Source: an uncultured delta proteobacterium (GTDB lineage Bacteria; Desulfobacterota; BSN033; UBA1163). Taken from it: a DNA stretch of 64,000 nucleotides. The position numbers and the translations under genes are program-made. Below the pieces are notes generated by a model. That model saw only the letters and a list, made by a program, of their open reading frames with translations, did not search any database and was not told the origin of the DNA. Location of the stretch: positions 224,001 through 288,000 of the forward strand of contig CAWHBU010000001.1 of assembly GCA_963827685.1 (NCBI GenBank), written 5' to 3'. Shown here in pieces: positions 30,784 through 40,476 of this stretch. The number at the start of each line of letters is the position of its first letter. Position 1 is the first letter of the stretch.

Positions 30784-30928
30784 CTGGTGTCGTGAATCAT
30801 AAGTCCCTTTCTTTTATTCGTCATTCCGGGGTTGACCCGGAATCCAGTGATTTTCATCTGGATTCCTGCTTTCGCGGGAATGACGGCCTCGGAATCAGTG
30901 TAAAGAAGTGTTAGATTCACTACACTAG
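30784..30928. mobile_element. MITE-like element with terminal inverted repeats enclosing a GTCATTCC...GGAATGAC REP
   Basis: CTGGTGTCGTGAATC / GATTCACTACACTAG outer arms; inner GAATCCAG/CTGGATTC. Confidence 0.6.
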
Positions 30929-31021
30929 GATTTCGTTATTGAAGTTTATTTCTTGGGGTGGATGGCTTGATGATTTGTTGCACTTAATATTAACAATTCT
31001 CGGTTCTTGTAAGGAGCTCCG

Positions 31022-31903
31022 ATGATCTCAATCGATGGAAAACGATGCAATTTATGCGGCCTCTGTGTTCCAGTCTGTGTCAGGGGGATATTGAAAGAGA
31101 GGGATAAGGGAGTGGTGGTTACGGAGCCAGAGTTGTGTATCTTCTGCGGACATTGTAGAGCCGTCTGCCCGACGGATGCACCGAGTTTCTCTCACCTCAA
31201 TGAGAATGAATTTGAGCCTGTCCTAAAGGGGGATAAACTTCCCGATCCATCCGAGTTTCTCAGGTTTCTTCGTCGACGTCGGAGCACAAGGGTTTATAAG
31301 AAAAAGCCAGTGGAAATTGAGAAACTAAGGATGATCTTGGAAGCAGGCCGATTTGCTCCGACAGGAGGAAATCGGCAGCCCTGCGAGTATATGGTCGTCA
31401 GAGGTAGAGAACTTTTGAATCAGGCATCCACATTGACAATTCAGACTTTAGGTAGGATAGGAGAATTGGTGAAAGAGGCCTTCCGCAGGCATGATCAATT
31501 GGGAGAGCCTTTACCCGAGGAATTCATCCCCATTCAAAATTATCCACTGGTTTGGGAACGGATTGCGAAAAAATGGGAAGAAGGGGTGGACCCGATCTTC
31601 TATCATGCTCCTGCGCTGATCCTGATTCAAACGAAACGGGGCGCAACGACGAGCGCTGACGTGGATGCGGGTCTCTCAGCGATGCACATGATCTTGATGG
31701 CTGAAACGATGGGCTTGGGGACTTGTCTCAATGGTTTCTTGGTCACTGCGCTCAAGAATTCGGAAGAGTTGAGAGGGGTACTGAAAATTCCTGACGATCA
31801 TCAGGTTCATGTGACATTCACCGTAGGCTATCCGGATGTTGAGTTCCTTCAAACGGTGGCACGGAATCCGGTGAATGTAAAATGGCTGGGCGAACCTGCA
31901 TAG
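31022..31903 (+). CDS. Nitroreductase family protein with N-terminal 2x[4Fe-4S] domain
   Basis: Two ferredoxin motifs, RRSTR.Y, APTGGNRQP, GLGTC. Confidence 0.92.
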   Translation: MISIDGKRCNLCGLCVPVCVRGILKERDKGVVVTEPELCIFCGHCRAVCPTDAPSFSHLNENEFEPVLKGDKLPDPSEFLRFLRRRRSTRVYKKKPVEIEKLRMILEAGRFAPTGGNRQPCEYMVVRGRELLNQASTLTIQTLGRIGELVKEAFRRHDQLGEPLPEEFIPIQNYPLVWERIAKKWEEGVDPIFYHAPALILIQTKRGATTSADVDAGLSAMHMILMAETMGLGTCLNGFLVTALKNSEELRGVLKIPDDHQVHVTFTVGYPDVEFLQTVARNPVNVKWLGEPA

Positions 31904-31958
31904 GAATTCTGAATCTGTACTTCAGATTGAATACATATCTTACAGAAAGGAGTGAAAG

Positions 31959-32150
31959 ATGCCTATTGTTCAGATCAGCTTGGTTCCAGGGAGGACTCCG
32001 GAAAAGAAGGAGGAACTGATTAAGAACGTCACCAATGCCATTGCCGATACGCTTCGGATTCCAAAAGAACGGGTTCACATCGTCCTGAACGAAGTCCCAA
32101 AAGAAAATATCGGCCGTGGTGGCGTGCCTCTTTCTAAAATAGATCAATGA
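31959..32150 (+). CDS. 4-oxalocrotonate tautomerase family protein
   Basis: N-terminal Pro, GRT.EKK, length 63 aa, AAGGAG RBS. Confidence 0.92.
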   Translation: MPIVQISLVPGRTPEKKEELIKNVTNAIADTLRIPKERVHIVLNEVPKENIGRGGVPLSKIDQ

Positions 32151-32253
32151 CGCCGATTCAACGGAGGCCAAGGAACAGGTGGATTAAAACAGCTATTGCA
32201 TTATTTTCTGAATTCTGCTGTTCTGAATTCAGAAAATAATGTGGAGGTGCGAA

Positions 32254-32541
32254 GTGCAAACAGCAAGATCCATCACAGCAGAAATTAAGTCCCGTGGCCA
32301 GTTGACCATTCCTAAGAAAATTAGGGTCATGAGCCATCTCGAAGAAGGGCAAGTCGTCTCAATCATTCCGGTGGGCGATTCGGTCATTATTACCCCCAAG
32401 AAACTTGAGCTCGACGAAGCAAGAAGAGAGATCAGAAAGATCGTTAGAGCGGTCGGCCTTACTCCTGAAGATCTCCTGGTAGGGCTCAAGGAAGAACGAG
32501 AAAAGTTATATCAAGTGACCTATGGGAAAAAAAGTCGTTAG
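32254..32541 (+). CDS. AbrB/MazE-type antitoxin
   Basis: RGQLTIPKKIR...LEEG; GGAGG RBS before GTG 32254. Confidence 0.85.
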   Translation: MQTARSITAEIKSRGQLTIPKKIRVMSHLEEGQVVSIIPVGDSVIITPKKLELDEARREIRKIVRAVGLTPEDLLVGLKEEREKLYQVTYGKKSR

Positions 32542-32638
32542 GGAACTCGACAAGTATCCATTTCATGTCGTGACCCCCTCAGAATTTATTGATTCAATTC
32601 TTCCTGAGGTTCTAAAAGGACTCGAAGAAAAAGAATGA
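32522..32638 (+). pseudogene. Internally deleted PIN-domain toxin remnant
   Basis: MGKKVVR start overlaps the antitoxin end; joined out of frame to a ...P.EFIDSILPEVLKGLEEKE* tail. Confidence 0.45.
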
Positions 32639-32727
32639 ATAAAGGTTGGTTCTCCTTACACCTCACGCCTCACGGTGTTTGATGCGTTATGCGAGATTCT
32701 GTATGTGAGAAACGGAAAGTTTGATTG

Positions 32728-33318
32728 ATGAATAAGACTAAAAAACCCAGTCTCTATGTCATCGCCGGCCCAAATGGCTCGGGGAAGACAACCTTTTCCA
32801 AAAAGTTTCTTCCTGATTATGTGGAATGTTTGGAATTTGTCAATGTTGATCTTATCGCCAAAGGTCTCTCTCCGTTTACCCCGGGAAGGGCGATGCTTCA
32901 AGCAGGAAGGATTATGCTAGAACAAATCCATTCTTTGGGTAACCGCGGCATTGATTTTGGTTTTGAAACGACGCTTGCCGGAAAGACCTACCTTAGACTG
33001 CTGAATGAATTGAAACAGAAAGGCTACTCTATCCATCTTTTCTTCCTGTGGATTAAAAGCGTAAAACTCGCCCTGGAGCGTATTGAATTACGTGTTCAAC
33101 AAGGGGGACATTCTATTCCAGAAGCGACGGTTCGGCGTCGCTTTCGAAGAGGAATTCTTAACTTTTTCAATGAGTACCAACCTATTGTTGATTCATGGGT
33201 CATTTTTGACAATTCAGAAGACATTCCTAAAATGATTGCATTTAAAGAATCCGGAAAATTAGAAATCCTTGATTCTGCGTCATTTGACATGTTATTAAAA
33301 TATAAGGATCAAAAATGA
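32728..33318 (+). CDS. Zeta-toxin-like / AAA P-loop protein
   Basis: IAGPNGSGKTT, VNVDLIA, FETTL, RV.QGGH.IPE, FDNS. Confidence 0.88.
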   Translation: MNKTKKPSLYVIAGPNGSGKTTFSKKFLPDYVECLEFVNVDLIAKGLSPFTPGRAMLQAGRIMLEQIHSLGNRGIDFGFETTLAGKTYLRLLNELKQKGYSIHLFFLWIKSVKLALERIELRVQQGGHSIPEATVRRRFRRGILNFFNEYQPIVDSWVIFDNSEDIPKMIAFKESGKLEILDSASFDMLLKYKDQK

Positions 33319-33530
33319 AGACCCGCGGGAAAAAGAACCATAAGTTTTTAGCCTACATGGCCGAAAAAGCCTTTAAAGAGGCTGTTGCTGAAGCGATTGA
33401 TGAACACCGGCGGAACGGTGTTCCGATTGCCGTATGGCGTAATGGGAAAGTCGTGCTTGTACCTCCTTCTCAAATGATGGTCCGTGAGCCTCAAACCGAA
33501 TATCTCGTCTCAAAAAAAAAGAACCGCTAG
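33315..33530 (+). CDS. Small partner protein of the zeta-like ATPase
   Basis: ATGA overlap; AV.EAI.EH...G.PIAVWRNGKVV. Confidence 0.75.
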   Translation: MKTRGKKNHKFLAYMAEKAFKEAVAEAIDEHRRNGVPIAVWRNGKVVLVPPSQMMVREPQTEYLVSKKKNR

Positions 33531-33863
33531 AGTAGAAAGGCATCTGCCTTCGGCACTCAGCATCCGGGTGTCAGCGATCAGGAATTAGGGATCAACTGTC
33601 TGCCGTCGGCGTTCAGGTATATCTCCGCGCCTCCTCCATTCCGCAATCCGCAATCCGCATTTGGGATGCTCCAGAAAAATAGAAAGGTGAGGGTGGATGG
33701 GTTAATTCAACTTTCAAGACCATGACACCTTTGACTGTTCCAAAGTTGCATTTCAATAAAAAGATAAAAAGTGACATTTATTGTCGGCTCACCGATAGAC
33801 ACTTCATCCCGCTATACGTGATACATCTTGTTTTCTCTTATGATATTGATACCTTTAACTACC

Positions 33864-33879
33864 TGGCATCATTCTTGCT
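33864..33879 (+). promoter_or_regulatory. Sigma54 promoter
   Basis: TGGCAT-CATTC-TTGCT upstream of ORF 34089. Confidence 0.65.
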
Positions 33880-33930
33880 GAGAAAAGAATAGAAGTAAAA
33901 CGAGGAGAACAAAGCCAAACGGCGAGTAAT

Positions 33931-34041
33931 CGACCCATTCGACTTTTCGGTCTGAAGCCCGGGGTATGCTCAGGGTTGATACTGAGCGGCGCTTTCCCAC
34001 CCCGATTTAGAAATGGGGTTTGGCGCCGTCGAACGTATCAA
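33931..34041. repeat. REP/MITE-like element (TTCGAC...GTCGAA arms, CTCAG/CTGAG) with nested hairpins
   Basis: ccattcgac...gctcagggttgatactgagc...ACCCC/GGGGT...gtcgaacg. Confidence 0.5.
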
Positions 34042-34088
34042 TGGGGCCCTGTGTGACCGGTGTATCTGAGCGGCCAAGTTTGAGGTAG

Positions 34089-34991
34089 ATGGTGGAGCAA
34101 GGGAGTTTTCAAGGAATTGCGGCAGGCGTAGAACGAATCATGGAGAATGCCCGTTCCGACCTGAGAGAGGCGATGGACCAATTTGAGGAACTATGCTTGA
34201 CGATTACCGAGGAGAGGGATGTTCCAATAGATATCATTACCGAGACCCGCCAAACCTATAAAAAAATTCAGGATCAACTCACGAAGATCAGCGGAGCCAG
34301 GCAACTCTTAGAAGGCAAATACAGGCACTATTATCGCCGTAACTATCAGCGCGAAAAAGAAATCATGCAAATTGCATTTTTGGCTAAGAGTTTGTACCTG
34401 ACATTCGAGGAAACAGAAGCAAAGCGCAAGCTAAAGGGTATGGAAGAATATTCTGAGGCGCACAGTCAGCCAATACCGTTTCCATGGTTTCAATCCAAGG
34501 AAAATCAGATCCTTCTTTTAAGAAATCTACGCAATCTAGACGAGTTGGACTATAAAACCAAATTTGAATTGGGATTTGAGCGGAGACAAGAGGTAATCCA
34601 GAACGCGATTCGAAGCATCTTCCTCTTTGCCTTATTAGGGGAGGCAAAGTTGATCGATATCCTTCAATCCCGCATGCGATTCCGAGAATATGATATCACA
34701 GAGCGTTATAAAGAGGACGAGTTCCGTGGGGCTTTAACCCGCTTAAAGGAGGTATCTCCTTCAGAAGTACAGAAGGTCCTTCGACGCATCGTAGGCACCA
34801 GTGAATTTTTGAAACTGAAATGCTTGCTTCTTAGGATTCAATCTCAAGATGATCTCAAAAAAGCGACCGTACGTTCTGCAGAAGATATTTTACGAGGGAT
34901 GGGCTCAATCATCTCAACCATATTGAAAAGTCAGTACATCACAGGAACCCACATTGGGTGCCAGGTCTATACTATTGATAGATCATTCTAA
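34089..34991 (+). CDS. Hypothetical helical protein
   Basis: 300-aa ORF with GAGG RBS and sigma54 promoter; no motif recognised. Confidence 0.65.
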   Translation: MVEQGSFQGIAAGVERIMENARSDLREAMDQFEELCLTITEERDVPIDIITETRQTYKKIQDQLTKISGARQLLEGKYRHYYRRNYQREKEIMQIAFLAKSLYLTFEETEAKRKLKGMEEYSEAHSQPIPFPWFQSKENQILLLRNLRNLDELDYKTKFELGFERRQEVIQNAIRSIFLFALLGEAKLIDILQSRMRFREYDITERYKEDEFRGALTRLKEVSPSEVQKVLRRIVGTSEFLKLKCLLLRIQSQDDLKKATVRSAEDILRGMGSIISTILKSQYITGTHIGCQVYTIDRSF

Positions 34992-35165
34992 TTTGGGATG
35001 TTCCTACATTCATTGAAACAGTTTAGGATAAGGAAAGTAACAAAGGATAAATGAAATATTAGGATTTCAAAAGAGGCTGTTATATACTTTAGGTTTTCCT
35101 TCCCAATGTTTTTTACAAGATGTCTACAAACCTTGAGAAAACGATAAAATGCGTGTTGAGCAGGG

Positions 35166-36479
35166 TTATGTCCCTTGATCCTCCAGAGGCCCCGTCAACA
35201 GTGAGTCCTGCAAAATGATCCCCTTCTCCGCATAAATGGGGTGGACCATTTTTCTCAAAGAGGGAAGTTTTTTGGCAAAGAGGACCGAACCAAAAATACA
35301 TAGGATGCCGCCGATCATCGTCGTCCCGGGTGCTCCGATTGCACTCGCTAAGCTGCCAGCGAAGAGACTGCCAAAAGGAACCATTCCCATGAAGGCCATG
35401 GCATAAAAACTCATCACCCGTCCCCGCTTATCCTCGTCCACAATGGTCTGAAGCAGCGTGTTTGTCGAGGTCATTTGAACCATCATTCCAAATCCTGTGG
35501 GGACCATCATCGCCATGGATAACCAAAACAGGCGAGAGAAGGAAAATCCTATGAGCCCGATTCCAAAGAGGCTCGAAGCGATGATAACAATTCGTCCCAA
35601 GCCGAGGACACTCCTCCGTGACGCAAGAAAAATGGCTCCTGCCAGAGCTCCCACGCCCGTAGCCCCGAGAAGAAAACCGAGCGTTTGCGGTCCACCGTGA
35701 AGGATCTTTCCCGCAAAAACAGGCATGAGGACGGTGTAGGGCATTCCCATGAAACTGATGAGCGCAAGCAGAAGAAGCAGGGACCGGATGGGGACAAATC
35801 CGAAGGCGTAGCGATAGCCTTCTTTTAAACCCTGCCATAACGGAGTGCTCTGTCTGTCTTTCTTTTTCGGGGTAATTCGCATCGCTAAAAGGGCTGCGAT
35901 CACCGTGATAAAGCTCAATCCGTTCAGAAGGAAACACAATCCTTCCCCCAAAGCAGCGATCAGCATCCCTGCCACCGAGGGGCCGACCAAGCGGGCACCA
36001 TTCACCATTGAAGAGTTAAGGGCGATGGCATTCCCCAGATCCTCCCGCCGCTCGATCATATCCACGACAAAGGATTGACGAACAGGGATATCAAAGGCGT
36101 TTATTAGACCGAGAAAAAAGGCCAAAGCGATGATTTGCCAGATGACAATCGTTTCCGTCAGGACCAGGGCTGCCAGGATCAGCGCTTGAATCATGGAAAG
36201 GACTTGGGTGGCCACAAGAAGGTGGTGGCGATTCCATCGGTCCACGAGTACGCCGGCGAAAGAGGCAAGTAGGAAAGTGGGAATCCGACCGGCGAAGCCC
36301 ACCACGCCCAGTAGAAAGCTTGATTGTGTTAATCGAAATACCAACCAGCTGATGGCAGTGAGCTGGAGCCAGGTGCCGATCAACGAAATGCTCTGGCCGC
36401 CAAAGAAGAGGCGGTAATTTCGGTGCGAGAGGGCACGGAAGATCAGGCCTAAGCCTTTGGGATTCGGGGAAAAATTCAT
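35166..36479 (-). CDS. MFS transporter (MFS_3-like)
   Basis: RNYRLFF.GQ.ISL.GTW, G.L.DRW.R, D.P.RQSF, RGRVMS. Confidence 0.93.
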   Translation of the reverse strand: MNFSPNPKGLGLIFRALSHRNYRLFFGGQSISLIGTWLQLTAISWLVFRLTQSSFLLGVVGFAGRIPTFLLASFAGVLVDRWNRHHLLVATQVLSMIQALILAALVLTETIVIWQIIALAFFLGLINAFDIPVRQSFVVDMIERREDLGNAIALNSSMVNGARLVGPSVAGMLIAALGEGLCFLLNGLSFITVIAALLAMRITPKKKDRQSTPLWQGLKEGYRYAFGFVPIRSLLLLLALISFMGMPYTVLMPVFAGKILHGGPQTLGFLLGATGVGALAGAIFLASRRSVLGLGRIVIIASSLFGIGLIGFSFSRLFWLSMAMMVPTGFGMMVQMTSTNTLLQTIVDEDKRGRVMSFYAMAFMGMVPFGSLFAGSLASAIGAPGTTMIGGILCIFGSVLFAKKLPSLRKMVHPIYAEKGIILQDSLLTGPLEDQGT

Positions 36480-36568
36480 TCCTTATTCCTATTTCAATTT
36501 TTTCAGTATATCCGATAGGTGACCATGAATTCAATGGATGGCCTGAACCAAGGGTTATCGAGGGGATA

Positions 36569-36622
36569 GGGTCAGGTCTTGCAATCACACAGTTCATAAA
36601 ACAAGAGAGGTGTCATCCATAA
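36569..36622 (+). repeat. Array junction repeat, copy J1 (lacks GTTGGC)
   Basis: GGGTCAGGTCTTGCAATCACACAGTTCATAAAACAAGAGAGGTGTCATCCATAA. Confidence 0.9.
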
Positions 36623-37025
36623 TAGGGCAGATGGGGGGACGCGGAGATACGGTGAACAGAGATGAGGAGATATGGAAACATCTAGGATTGCGGAGTACGG
36701 AGTTAATAAAACAACGAATGAATAAGTTATCGGGTTACTAAGTGATTAAGTGTCTTTGCCAGAATTTGGGTTGGCGGACAGTATCAAGACAACCCCTCCT
36801 GCAATTTCACCTGCTACTGTCCGCTCCCGACAGATCAACTTTTCTAGGCTTTTTTTCAGCCTACTTTCTATGCTCCTCCTCCCCTCTTCCAGATTTTCCT
36901 TGAGACTTTTGTAGTTGTCTTTGTTGCTGAATAGTCTTTGGGGTCAAAGCTACATTATACACTTTGCTTGATAGAGATCAGAGGGGGCGTCCATAAGATT
37001 ATAAGAATCTTAAAAGGGATTTAGC

Positions 37026-37046
37026 TCATCCATAAAAAAGTTGGCC
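37026..37046 (+). repeat. Array junction repeat, copy J2 (3' half only)
   Basis: TCATCCATAAAAAAGTTGGCC. Confidence 0.85.
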
Positions 37047-37426
37047 CATTCGAATGCGGAATGCAGATTGCGGATTGCGGAATGCAAATTGTAAACGCGA
37101 ATTCCAGAGTCATTGGATCATTTGGGATATTCCAAAAGTAAGTCCTGGTAGAACTCCGAAGACAACTTAAAAATAGATAGAATGTCAACCTTGTTCAAAA
37201 TAGGATTCTCAACGCAGAGACGCAAAGGACGCGGAGAAGAGGAACTGGCATGAAGATTGGGATCATCGGGAATACGAGAGACATCGTGAGGAAATGTGGG
37301 ATACCAAATTCTATGGGGTCCAGTGGATTCAGACTTGAAAATTGAGATTCGCGGTAATCTGTATGGTGGAACTTGACGGTCAGACAATCGGAAAACGTCC
37401 TAGAAAATGATCAGTCACTATTTCCT

Positions 37427-38032
37427 ATGGAGCCTATAAATCTAAATCTCATCCAAGAAATTTATCACCTCTGGGAACCAGTTTACCCCTATTTAGGCCA
37501 ACAGATCCACGAACTTTATCACCGCCAAGATGGAAACATTCTGGAAATTGGGCCATTCAGTGGCGTCATTTTTAATTTACAAAAAAGGAATATAGGCAGT
37601 TCCTTCTTAATTGCAACTTTCCCGTCTGGAATGGGTAATTATTTTCAAGAAGAGGCAATAAAACAAAAGGTGAATGATAAGATCAGGGTCATTGGAACTG
37701 ATCCAGCTTTAACCGGTATAGAAGAAAACAACATAGACCTTGCTATTTTCAGAGGAGCTTTTTTCTTTCCTTCGCTGTTTAAAGTTAATTTTTCAGTAAT
37801 TTATCGAATTTTAAAAACAAATGGGATTGCATTTATTGGAGGAGGATTTGGTAAATTCACCCCAAATAGCGTCATTAAGGACATTGGAAAGAGGTCACGG
37901 GAACTCAACCTTCAGATTGGTAAGATTGAGATAAACGAGGATAGATTACGACAAGATATCCAAATTGAGGGTATAGAAGGGGAAATCAAAATTATCTCTG
38001 AAGGGGGATTATGGGTTTTGATGAAAAAGTAG
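37427..38032 (+). CDS. Class I SAM-methyltransferase-like protein (divergent)
   Basis: ILEIGPFSG motif-I-like, DLAIFRGA, YRILK.NG.AFIGGGFG; AT-rich. Confidence 0.7.
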   Translation: MEPINLNLIQEIYHLWEPVYPYLGQQIHELYHRQDGNILEIGPFSGVIFNLQKRNIGSSFLIATFPSGMGNYFQEEAIKQKVNDKIRVIGTDPALTGIEENNIDLAIFRGAFFFPSLFKVNFSVIYRILKTNGIAFIGGGFGKFTPNSVIKDIGKRSRELNLQIGKIEINEDRLRQDIQIEGIEGEIKIISEGGLWVLMKK

Positions 38033-38040
38033 TGCGGATC

Positions 38041-38100
38041 AGGGCTGCGGGGTCAGGCTTGGGATATTGCGATTTGGTGGCCTCCATAAAAAAGTTGGCC
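38041..38100 (+). repeat. Array junction repeat, copy J3 (variant middle)
   Basis: AGGGCTGCGGGGTCAGGCTT...GGTGGCCTCCATAAAAAAGTTGGCC, 8 nt after the stop codon. Confidence 0.85.
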
Positions 38101-38472
38101 GTACCAAAGGTATTCGATGAAAAAACAATGGTAAAAATTGGGATGATTTCACGCCGTGAGCCATTCAAAAAGTTTGACGAAGAATAAAAAGGAGCAATGA
38201 GACAAATCGAATATTGACATTTTTCGCTAATATCCTTCCAAAATTTCCAAGTTTCTAGATAACAGCATTATCTTTAAACTCTTGTGTGTGGTTCTAAGGC
38301 TCGAATATTATTGTTTTTTTAGATTTTCCTAATTCTTATATTGAATTGGCACAAGATGTGCTATATTAAATTTGTTTCCGCCATTAATATTTATTGACCT
38401 AATCAGGATTATTGTGATCTTTTGTTTGTACTCTGATATATCTTCGGTTAAAATTCCATTAGAGATACAAGA

Positions 38473-39054
38473 ATGATGCATATGCAGGATGTAGCGAAAG
38501 AGAAAAGAATTAACGCTATCCGTTATTTTTGCAAGAATACCAAGGACCTTACCGAAACAAAACTTTACAAGCTTCTTTATTTTCTAGATTTCCTTCATTT
38601 CAAAGAAGTTGGAAGACCGGTCACGGACCTTGAATATTTTGCCTGGAATTACGGCCCTGTCCCAGCGAAACTTTTTTTTGAAATAAAAGAGAAAAAGGCT
38701 CCTAAGGAAATATTGATGTGCATCATAGAAGAGAAGGACGCAGAAACAGGCAAAAAAGTGAAGACTTCTTTTAAATCCTTGCAGGCTCCTGACCTAAATG
38801 TATTCTCAGAGAGAGAGATTGAAATTTTGGAGAGGGTAGCATTTATTTTTAAGGATGCCAAAGCCAAGGATATGACTGAAATAACTCATTTAAAAAATGA
38901 ACCTTGGCATAAAACTCTTGAGTCGAAAGGGGAAAAGTCAAAGATAGATTTCTTATTATCCCTGGATAAGGATGCGAAGATTGATAAAGACCTAGCAACG
39001 GAGCGTCTGCAATTATCAAATGAGATGAAGCAGCTTTTTGGAAGTGAAAAATAA
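38473..39054 (+). CDS. Panacea (DUF4065/SocA) antitoxin-domain protein
   Basis: KLYKLLYFLDF.H, Y.AW.YGPVP, ITH.KNEPW. Confidence 0.88.
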   Translation: MMHMQDVAKEKRINAIRYFCKNTKDLTETKLYKLLYFLDFLHFKEVGRPVTDLEYFAWNYGPVPAKLFFEIKEKKAPKEILMCIIEEKDAETGKKVKTSFKSLQAPDLNVFSEREIEILERVAFIFKDAKAKDMTEITHLKNEPWHKTLESKGEKSKIDFLLSLDKDAKIDKDLATERLQLSNEMKQLFGSEK

Positions 39055-39063
39055 GGGAATAGA

Positions 39064-39468
39064 TTGGAAAAGGGAACCATTCTATTTCACGAAAAATTTA
39101 GATTTGTTAATGGGGAATTAGGTGAGAAGTTATTAATCATTTTAAACACCCCAGACCCTAAAGTAGAACCATATCTCCTTTGTCGAGTCACTTCTCAGGA
39201 AAGCAACAAACCAAAGATCTTTGGGTGCCACCAAGACTTGTCCCTCTTTTTTCTTCCTGCCAACCATGATTTTTTTGAAAAGGATACTTGGGTTCAATTT
39301 TATGAAATTTTCCCGTTTGAGGCAACCACACTTCTTCGGGATCATTTCAATAAACAATTAAGCGTATTAGGGAAACTTAAGGATTTGACAATCCAGCAAA
39401 TGATGAATTGCATCCGAAAGATTAAAGATATATCAGTGATACATAAAAAAATGATTTTGAAAAAATAA
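39064..39468 (+). CDS. Putative toxin partner of Panacea (possibly PemK/MazF-like fold)
   Basis: 9 nt after the antitoxin; G.IL...F.F..G..GEK.LIILN...TSQ pattern. Confidence 0.6.
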   Translation: MEKGTILFHEKFRFVNGELGEKLLIILNTPDPKVEPYLLCRVTSQESNKPKIFGCHQDLSLFFLPANHDFFEKDTWVQFYEIFPFEATTLLRDHFNKQLSVLGKLKDLTIQQMMNCIRKIKDISVIHKKMILKK

Positions 39469-39480
39469 ATCAATATCTTG

Positions 39481-39553
39481 AGGGCTCTGGGGCCAGGTCT
39501 TGCAATCACACATTTCATAAAACAAGAGAGGTATCATCCATAAAAAAGTTGGC
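39481..39553 (+). repeat. Array junction repeat, copy J4 (full)
   Basis: AGGGCTCTGGGGCCAGGTCTTGCAATCACACATTTCATAAAACAAGAGAGGTATCATCCATAAAAAAGTTGGC. Confidence 0.92.
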
Positions 39554-39632
39554 ACAGATTTCCCAGGTGAAACCTTCGGTGTCCTTATAATATAAAGGGC
39601 CTGATCTGCAGGCTGCCAATTCTTAAATCCAC

Positions 39633-40142
39633 TTACCACAAGGAAAGCTTCTCTACTGCCAAACGAGCGGCTTTTTCTATATCTGTTGAGAATAAGGAAT
39701 TCATCTCAACCATCGAACGGCCCAATACCCGACCCGTTTCGGTATCGATGATCTTCACCTGAAGGTACCAACTCAAAAGGCTTGGAGAGTAAATCATTCC
39801 CGTTATCAGGGCCTGGGCACCCACCCTCCTACCAATCTTTAATCTGGTTGCATCATCCAGTTGGTTAAGATTGAATTTCTCTTCTTGAGGGTTGTCCAAG
39901 AACTGCCGCCCGCCCAAAATTGAAATCTGCGGGAATCTCTCGTGAAAATTCCGGGCAAAGGCCTTAGCCACTTCGCCAGTATCATCTCCTTCAAAGGGAA
40001 GGACTGCAATGTTTTCGTATTTTAAGAATTCTTTTCTGAGAAAACCACCCCCACCTGGCTGGGCACAGCCCGTGACAGAGAGAACGATCAATAGAAACAA
40101 ACAGAGAGAGATACAGACTTTCCCCTTCCCTTTTCTTTTCAT
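39633..40142 (-). CDS. Lipoprotein, CsgG/FlgO-like fold
   Basis: Lipobox VTGC, IAVLPF, KIG...GAQALITG, KIIDTETG. Confidence 0.75.
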   Translation of the reverse strand: MKRKGKGKVCISLCLFLLIVLSVTGCAQPGGGGFLRKEFLKYENIAVLPFEGDDTGEVAKAFARNFHERFPQISILGGRQFLDNPQEEKFNLNQLDDATRLKIGRRVGAQALITGMIYSPSLLSWYLQVKIIDTETGRVLGRSMVEMNSLFSTDIEKAARLAVEKLSLW

Positions 40143-40476
40143 TCCGGTCCTCCTAAAATATTGTAACTCCCCTTCTCTTTTCCCTCAAGAGCTACAGCCT
40201 GGGGGTCAGGCAACGGTAATTCGGTATTGGCGTAAATCTTGAGAGAAATGTAACGATTGAAGAATTGCCCCCATGATCCACTTTTTCTTCCTGAAAGAGT
40301 GATTTTCAAATATTGCTAGGCCATCCAACATTTCACTTGGTAATCCCGAAAGCCGAAGCTTACGCCCTTACGCTTTCTTAAAAGCCAACACTAATACCAA
40401 AATCAAAAATTCAATCGTCCTTAAACAATTTTGACTTTTTCACTCAGGGTCGGCTAAAATTGGTTCGAGCATTAGG

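Noticed and set aside
36747-36940. Open minus-strand frame of about 64 codons between J1 and J2
   Set aside because: No start codon or recognisable family; may be a gene fragment but cannot be supported.
38075-38090. tRNA 3' end (TGGTGG) as an integration-site duplication
   Set aside because: No T-loop or cloverleaf adjacent on either strand.
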